38,072 nucleotides of DNA. Origin: a virus (Duplodnaviria > Caudoviricetes). Where the stretch lies: positions 1 through 38,072 of IMG/VR virus record IMGVR_UViG_3300020043_003485; one strand, 5' to 3'. Shown here one piece after another: positions 34,416 through 38,072 of this stretch. Under the pieces are notes generated by a model that searched no databases, had not been told where the DNA came from, and saw only the letters and a list, made by a program, of their open reading frames with translations. The translations under genes and the position numbers were made by a program. Each line of letters starts with the position of its first letter. Position 1 is the first letter of the stretch.

Positions 34416-34980
34416 ATTCGTTGTCTCTTAAATAATCGTTATTAACTACATCCAAACTAATTGGTTCTTTTACAAGCAATGCTTTAACATGGTTGATCTG
34501 CTTAACGCTAACTCCCATCTTATCTGCTAGTTCTTTGGATGTAGGCATTTTGCCTAGTTCTTGGCTTAGTAGTCTTTCTGTATATTTTAATCGTCTAATT
34601 TCTTCGATCCAGTTTACTGGTAATCGAATCAAATTGGAAGTGTTTGCTACGGCACGATTAACACCGCGAATGATGAATTTTTTAGCATAGGTCACGAACC
34701 TAGCATTGTTTTTTGGTTTCCACTTCCTGGCAGCGTTCATTAATTCTTCATTACCAAAACCTAGAAGATCTTCCATTGGCACTGAAGAGTGTTGCCACAT
34801 TGGTGTGGCTTTGATTGTGGATACTACAAAACGAAGATTGTGTGTCACCAGTTTTTCAAAAGCCATCATGTCACCCTTTTGGATGCGCTCAGATAATTCT
34901 ATTTCTTCTTCGTGACTGAGCGGTTCATACTGGTACAACAGTTTTAAATAGTCTGATAAGGCACTACGATTTGTTCTCAA
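34405..34980 (-). CDS. Phage-encoded sigma70-family factor (regions 1.2, 2, 3; region 4 absent)
   Basis: YLKLL..YEPLSHEEEIELSERIQKGD..AFEKLVTHNLRFVVS, DLLGFGN..LMNAARKW, RFVTYAKKFI, LIRLPV, ELGKMPT..ELA and KEPISLD, then a stop. TTG start with an AGGAG RBS. Confidence 0.88.
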   Translation of the reverse strand: MRTNRSALSDYLKLLYQYEPLSHEEEIELSERIQKGDMMAFEKLVTHNLRFVVSTIKATPMWQHSSVPMEDLLGFGNEELMNAARKWKPKNNARFVTYAKKFIIRGVNRAVANTSNLIRLPVNWIEEIRRLKYTERLLSQELGKMPTSKELADKMGVSVKQINHVKALLVKEPISLDVVNNDYLRDNEYEE

Positions 34981-35135
34981 AATGGTGCGTCTCCTACAAG
35001 TAAAAATGGATCGATCGGTTTTGTTTTAGGCATCACTTTGAGAGTGCACCCCGACTGCAAATAAACTTCACATTCGATTCTACTAAAAAACTTACGAATT
35101 AGCAATCCGTCTTGATCATATATCCAGTAACGCAT
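34977..35135 (-). CDS. Small hypothetical protein (52 aa)
   Basis: MRYWIYDQDGLLIRKF...LLVGDAPF with an AAGGA RBS. The stop overlaps the sigma start; not in the ORF track. Confidence 0.6.
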   Translation of the reverse strand: MRYWIYDQDGLLIRKFFSRIECEVYLQSGCTLKVMPKTKPIDPFLLVGDAPF

Positions 35136-35296
35136 CATTTCCTTTAAGTGTTAGGGTTGAGTGGGTATGTAGATTACTTGCCACTCTCAAGTTTTGGGTA
35201 GTTAATCGGCATAAAAGCACCATGTGAGGATACCAATTAACTCCACAATTTGTTTTGCATCTACAAGGCTACTCCAAACTGTGGTCAATGATTACC

Positions 35297-35560
35297 TCAC
35301 TTAAGTTCTAATCGTTTCATCATAAAAGACCTCCCTGGTCTTCTATTACTATTTGTTTTGATATTGTATATGGTAATCATTCTCAAATGGGCAAAACGAC
35401 CCAATATGTTATAGCGGCCAGACTTTTTATTGGTTCTCATATCTTGCATTTTAGTGTGTTTGAGGTATGTCCTACGCACTAATTTGATTTTCTTTCTACG
35501 ATTACCAATTCGGTGTGGTTGGTATAACTTATTGAATAGGGTTCGTTGTACTGGTTTCAT
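35297..35560 (-). CDS. Highly basic hypothetical protein
   Basis: 87 aa, R/K-rich, ATGA coupling. Confidence 0.6.
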   Translation of the reverse strand: MKPVQRTLFNKLYQPHRIGNRRKKIKLVRRTYLKHTKMQDMRTNKKSGRYNILGRFAHLRMITIYNIKTNSNRRPGRSFMMKRLELK

Positions 35561-35829
35561 TGTGGAGGCTTAATCAATTGTTTAATCGAAATGTTAGGTA
35601 GTTTTGGAAAGCTATGCGAAAACACAACTGCTTCACCTTCTACCCTCCAGCAAGCATAAATAATCTTTTGGTTTTGTTGGTATGCATAAGCACCATACTG
35701 ATTCTTATCTTGAGTACAAGCTTCATTGGTTAGTACAGTGATACCCATCATGCCATTTGGTGCAATGGCAATGTCCTTTGCTTGCACCAAAAAAGGCATA
35801 AAGAGTAATGGAATGAGTAGTTTTCTCAT
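35557..35829 (-). CDS. Small exported protein with signal peptide
   Basis: MRKLLIPLLFMPFLVQA signal peptide and two Cys. ATG at 35829. Confidence 0.65.
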   Translation of the reverse strand: MRKLLIPLLFMPFLVQAKDIAIAPNGMMGITVLTNEACTQDKNQYGAYAYQQNQKIIYACWRVEGEAVVFSHSFPKLPNISIKQLIKPPQ

Positions 35830-36038
35830 GCTGATAAGATCCAAAATGTAATCGTTGCAATTATCGCAATGAATATTATATGGGTTACCAACTCACAAAA
35901 ATGTTCCCATGTCTTGCTTGATTCAGATTTATAAATCGTAATCGCTGAACAATACTCGGGTGTTTTGTATGCCTCATCCAATGTTCTATGGAAATGAGTA
36001 TGTCTTCTGTAACTGGTTGCAAATTGTTCGTAGCTCAT
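35826..36038 (-). CDS. Hypothetical protein with C-terminal TM helix
   Basis: Ends in HIIFIAIIATITFWILSA. Confidence 0.65.
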   Translation of the reverse strand: MSYEQFATSYRRHTHFHRTLDEAYKTPEYCSAITIYKSESSKTWEHFCELVTHIIFIAIIATITFWILSA

Positions 36039-36421
36039 AGGTATTTATCTCCAAAATACATAGCAAATAATGGGTTTTGTTTCATTACTAATTGTTTGCG
36101 TAATTCCATACCCAATTTGTCATGGGTGAGGTTAGGTTTAGCATCCTTACCTTTCTTGATTACTTTTCTTCTGATCGGCAACAAATCTTCGTCCACCAGG
36201 GGAGCATCCAAAAGTGCGTATCGATACACATCACGACTACCACCTTGGTGTAGCTCCAGTTTTTCCACATCAGATACCTCTAAGATACCTTGTTTGTATA
36301 ACCTATGCACCATTGTCCTAACATATGAATATGTAATGTTGGGCCAGAATTGCTCTGACAACTCATGCACAGTCATGGGTTTGATTTTTAATTGGCTGAG
36401 TATTAGCTCTTGCTTAGTCAT
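36035..36421 (-). CDS. Putative winged-helix DNA-binding protein
   Basis: ILSQL...PMTVHELSEQF...YSYVRTMVHRLYKQGIL...YRY pattern. Confidence 0.6.
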   Translation of the reverse strand: MTKQELILSQLKIKPMTVHELSEQFWPNITYSYVRTMVHRLYKQGILEVSDVEKLELHQGGSRDVYRYALLDAPLVDEDLLPIRRKVIKKGKDAKPNLTHDKLGMELRKQLVMKQNPLFAMYFGDKYL

Positions 36422-36573
36422 TCGTTCACCTCAAAATGTAGGTCACCAGTTCCAGTGACGAGTTCAAATAAGTGTTTTGTGGAAAGCTTTTCCAACACCT
36501 CGATCATTTCTTGATCCGTCAACTCATCTGGAATCTCAAAATACAAGGTCGTATGGCATTTAATTTCTCTCAT
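36418..36573 (-). CDS. Small acidic hypothetical protein (51 aa)
   Basis: MREIKCHTTLYFEIPDELTDQEMIEVLEKL... ATGA overlaps on both sides; not in the ORF track. Confidence 0.6.
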   Translation of the reverse strand: MREIKCHTTLYFEIPDELTDQEMIEVLEKLSTKHLFELVTGTGDLHFEVNE

Positions 36574-36899
36574 TTTGTTAGCTCCTTGAGATAGTGGCTG
36601 CTATAAACAATTTCTCCATCAAATTCACTGGGTATTATCCAATCGCGAAACGCACTGTCAACACAGTACTCTTCGATCTCTTCCAGTTTAAGATCCATCA
36701 TAGCTTTTTCATAGATGTGGTGCACGATAGCAATGTGATTGCTAGTGCCTTGTAGTTTCCAAAACTCAATGTCACCGAACCATACTTGAACCTTTGGTTT
36801 TGCATCTAACTTTAACTCTAAATTCACTGGAATGGATAACAAATTGTTTTCTGTAATGTAGTCAATTGCATCACAAGCATTATTAAATTCTAGTTTCAT
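36570..36899 (-). CDS. Hypothetical protein
   Basis: 109 aa with an AAGGAGG RBS. Confidence 0.7.
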   Translation of the reverse strand: MKLEFNNACDAIDYITENNLLSIPVNLELKLDAKPKVQVWFGDIEFWKLQGTSNHIAIVHHIYEKAMMDLKLEEIEEYCVDSAFRDWIIPSEFDGEIVYSSHYLKELTK

Positions 36900-37318
36900 A
36901 TATCCTCCTTTAAGTAGCCTTTGATTTGTTCGATTGGTAATAGTTTTAACAACTCTTCGATTGCCGTTACATCACCCCACAAAACATCTTGCTTAATTTG
37001 TTTTAAAGCTCGGTCAACATAAGATTCATAATTCTTTTGGTCAAAACCTTTACCCTCAAGATAACCTAATGTGCGAGATACAATAGTGCTTGGATCATAA
37101 TTATCAAAGGTTTCAAAACATCCTTCAATATGCTCGCCCATCCATCCTTCGGGTTCGAGATTATAAACTCCAATGTCATAGCTCTCGCCAATCACTGGCA
37201 CTTTTTGATACTCGTTGTTGATTAAAACACATAGCTCAAAACTTGGAAATTTAATTAAAACGTGCTCGCAGCCCCCACCAGTACTAATGTGCTCCATTTC
37301 GTTGCAATCTTTTTTCAT
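36896..37318 (-). CDS. Hypothetical protein
   Basis: 140 aa with an AGGGGG RBS and a STGGGC motif. Confidence 0.7.
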   Translation of the reverse strand: MKKDCNEMEHISTGGGCEHVLIKFPSFELCVLINNEYQKVPVIGESYDIGVYNLEPEGWMGEHIEGCFETFDNYDPSTIVSRTLGYLEGKGFDQKNYESYVDRALKQIKQDVLWGDVTAIEELLKLLPIEQIKGYLKEDI

Positions 37319-37327
37319 ATAACCCCC

Positions 37328-37525
37328 TTAAAATATAAAATCAAAAACAAGCTTGTGCACCAACTCACCATCATTGCTCAACACTTCTAAAACATCATCA
37401 GCTAGTGGTGTGCCATCAAGATAATATCCACCACTGATATACGCATCACAAAAATCTGGATAGTCTCTGCTATCAATACCATCCAATTCTAACGATTTAA
37501 AATCTACCATTCCTAAATTAATCAT
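37328..37525 (-). CDS. Hypothetical phage protein
   Basis: LELDGIDSRDYPDFCDAYIS. The start is most likely ATG 37525. Confidence 0.65.
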   Translation of the reverse strand: MINLGMVDFKSLELDGIDSRDYPDFCDAYISGGYYLDGTPLADDVLEVLSNDGELVHKLVFDFIF

Positions 37526-37585
37526 GACCATCCCCATATAAATAATAAAGCAAAACTTAAGCCCAAAACCAGGCACACGAACCAA

Positions 37586-37819
37586 TCAGATAACTTCATT
37601 GTCGTTACCATCTGTTACAGAATGCACATAACTATCTGTATTGGTAATACCAAATTGTCGTGCCAACATACCATCAATGCAAGACAATCCTAAATACATG
37701 GTGTTATTAATTGCTTTTAGTGCCTCATCTTCTGTCACTTCTGCATCTTGGCAATATGCCTCAATGTCGCGAGTATCAATATCAACAATCAATTCAAATC
37801 TAATCGTATTCTTAAGCAT
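37586..37819 (-). CDS. Hypothetical protein
   Basis: ATG at 37819 with a GGAGG RBS. Confidence 0.65.
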   Translation of the reverse strand: MLKNTIRFELIVDIDTRDIEAYCQDAEVTEDEALKAINNTMYLGLSCIDGMLARQFGITNTDSYVHSVTDGNDNEVI

Positions 37820-37991
37820 TGATATATCCTCCATCAATTAAAGCTTTCAATGTGCGACCAAAAGCCCCTTGTAACTGGTATCCTAAACCAGTGTCGTGCA
37901 AGTACTGCCATGCTTCCAGTACTTGCTCCTCTGATTCTGCCTCAACAAAACCCTCTGCGATTCCTACTGCGTTGTAGCTATCCATTTTCAT
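37812..37991 (-). CDS. Hypothetical phage protein
   Basis: EAWQYLHDTGLGYQLQGAFGR, with an AAGGGG RBS before ATG 37991. Confidence 0.65.
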   Translation of the reverse strand: MKMDSYNAVGIAEGFVEAESEEQVLEAWQYLHDTGLGYQLQGAFGRTLKALIDGGYINA

Positions 37992-38072
37992 AACTTTCCC
38001 CTTAAATAAACTCATAATTGTTAGGATGGTTTTTATCTAACCAGTTTTTAGCAACGCTCATATCTAGTGTTG

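Noticed and set aside
34340-34420. Frameshifted region 4 continuing the sigma gene
   Set aside because: The downstream ORF (34065-34415) has its own start and no region-4 resemblance, so the truncation does not look like a simple frameshift.
1-38072. Stop-codon reassignment or a diversity-generating retroelement
   Set aside because: Long genes are intact under the standard code and TAA, TGA and TAG all serve as stops. No reverse transcriptase or template/variable repeat pair was noticed.

Overview
A 38-kb segment of a tailed dsDNA phage genome, podovirus-like. It resembles uncultured aquatic proteobacterial phages, but the host is an inference. Two arms converge at 18253/18254. The + arm (1-18253) is late genes: an exported Cys-rich repeat protein, a membrane coiled-coil protein, a holin-like protein, two tandem GH24 lysozymes, small basic proteins, head-tail/tail proteins, and putative ejection proteins (one with a lytic transglycosylase domain, one with a DUF6321-like C-terminus, one 993-aa protein with a PcfJ-like domain). 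The - arm (18254-38072) is early/replication genes: family A DNA polymerase (Leu762 type), class II RNR, DUF2815 SSB, DUF2800 nuclease, two probable homing endonucleases, a TerS-like gene, tRNA-Thr(UGU), SNF2 helicase, VRR-NUC, primase-SF3 helicase next to an inverted-repeat origin candidate, a C5 cytosine methyltransferase with a nested alternative-frame ORF, and many small ORFs. No portal, large terminase, major capsid or integrase gene is visible. The best candidate for a new system is an apparently split sigma factor: a sigma70 region 1.2-2-3 protein lacking region 4 (34405-34980) and a separate region-4-like protein (27066-27377), plus six copies of a promoter-like motif TG(C/T)AT(A/T)(A/G)GTA, three with GG(G/A)CG at identical spacing upstream. 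All family assignments come from recognising motifs by eye; no searches were run.
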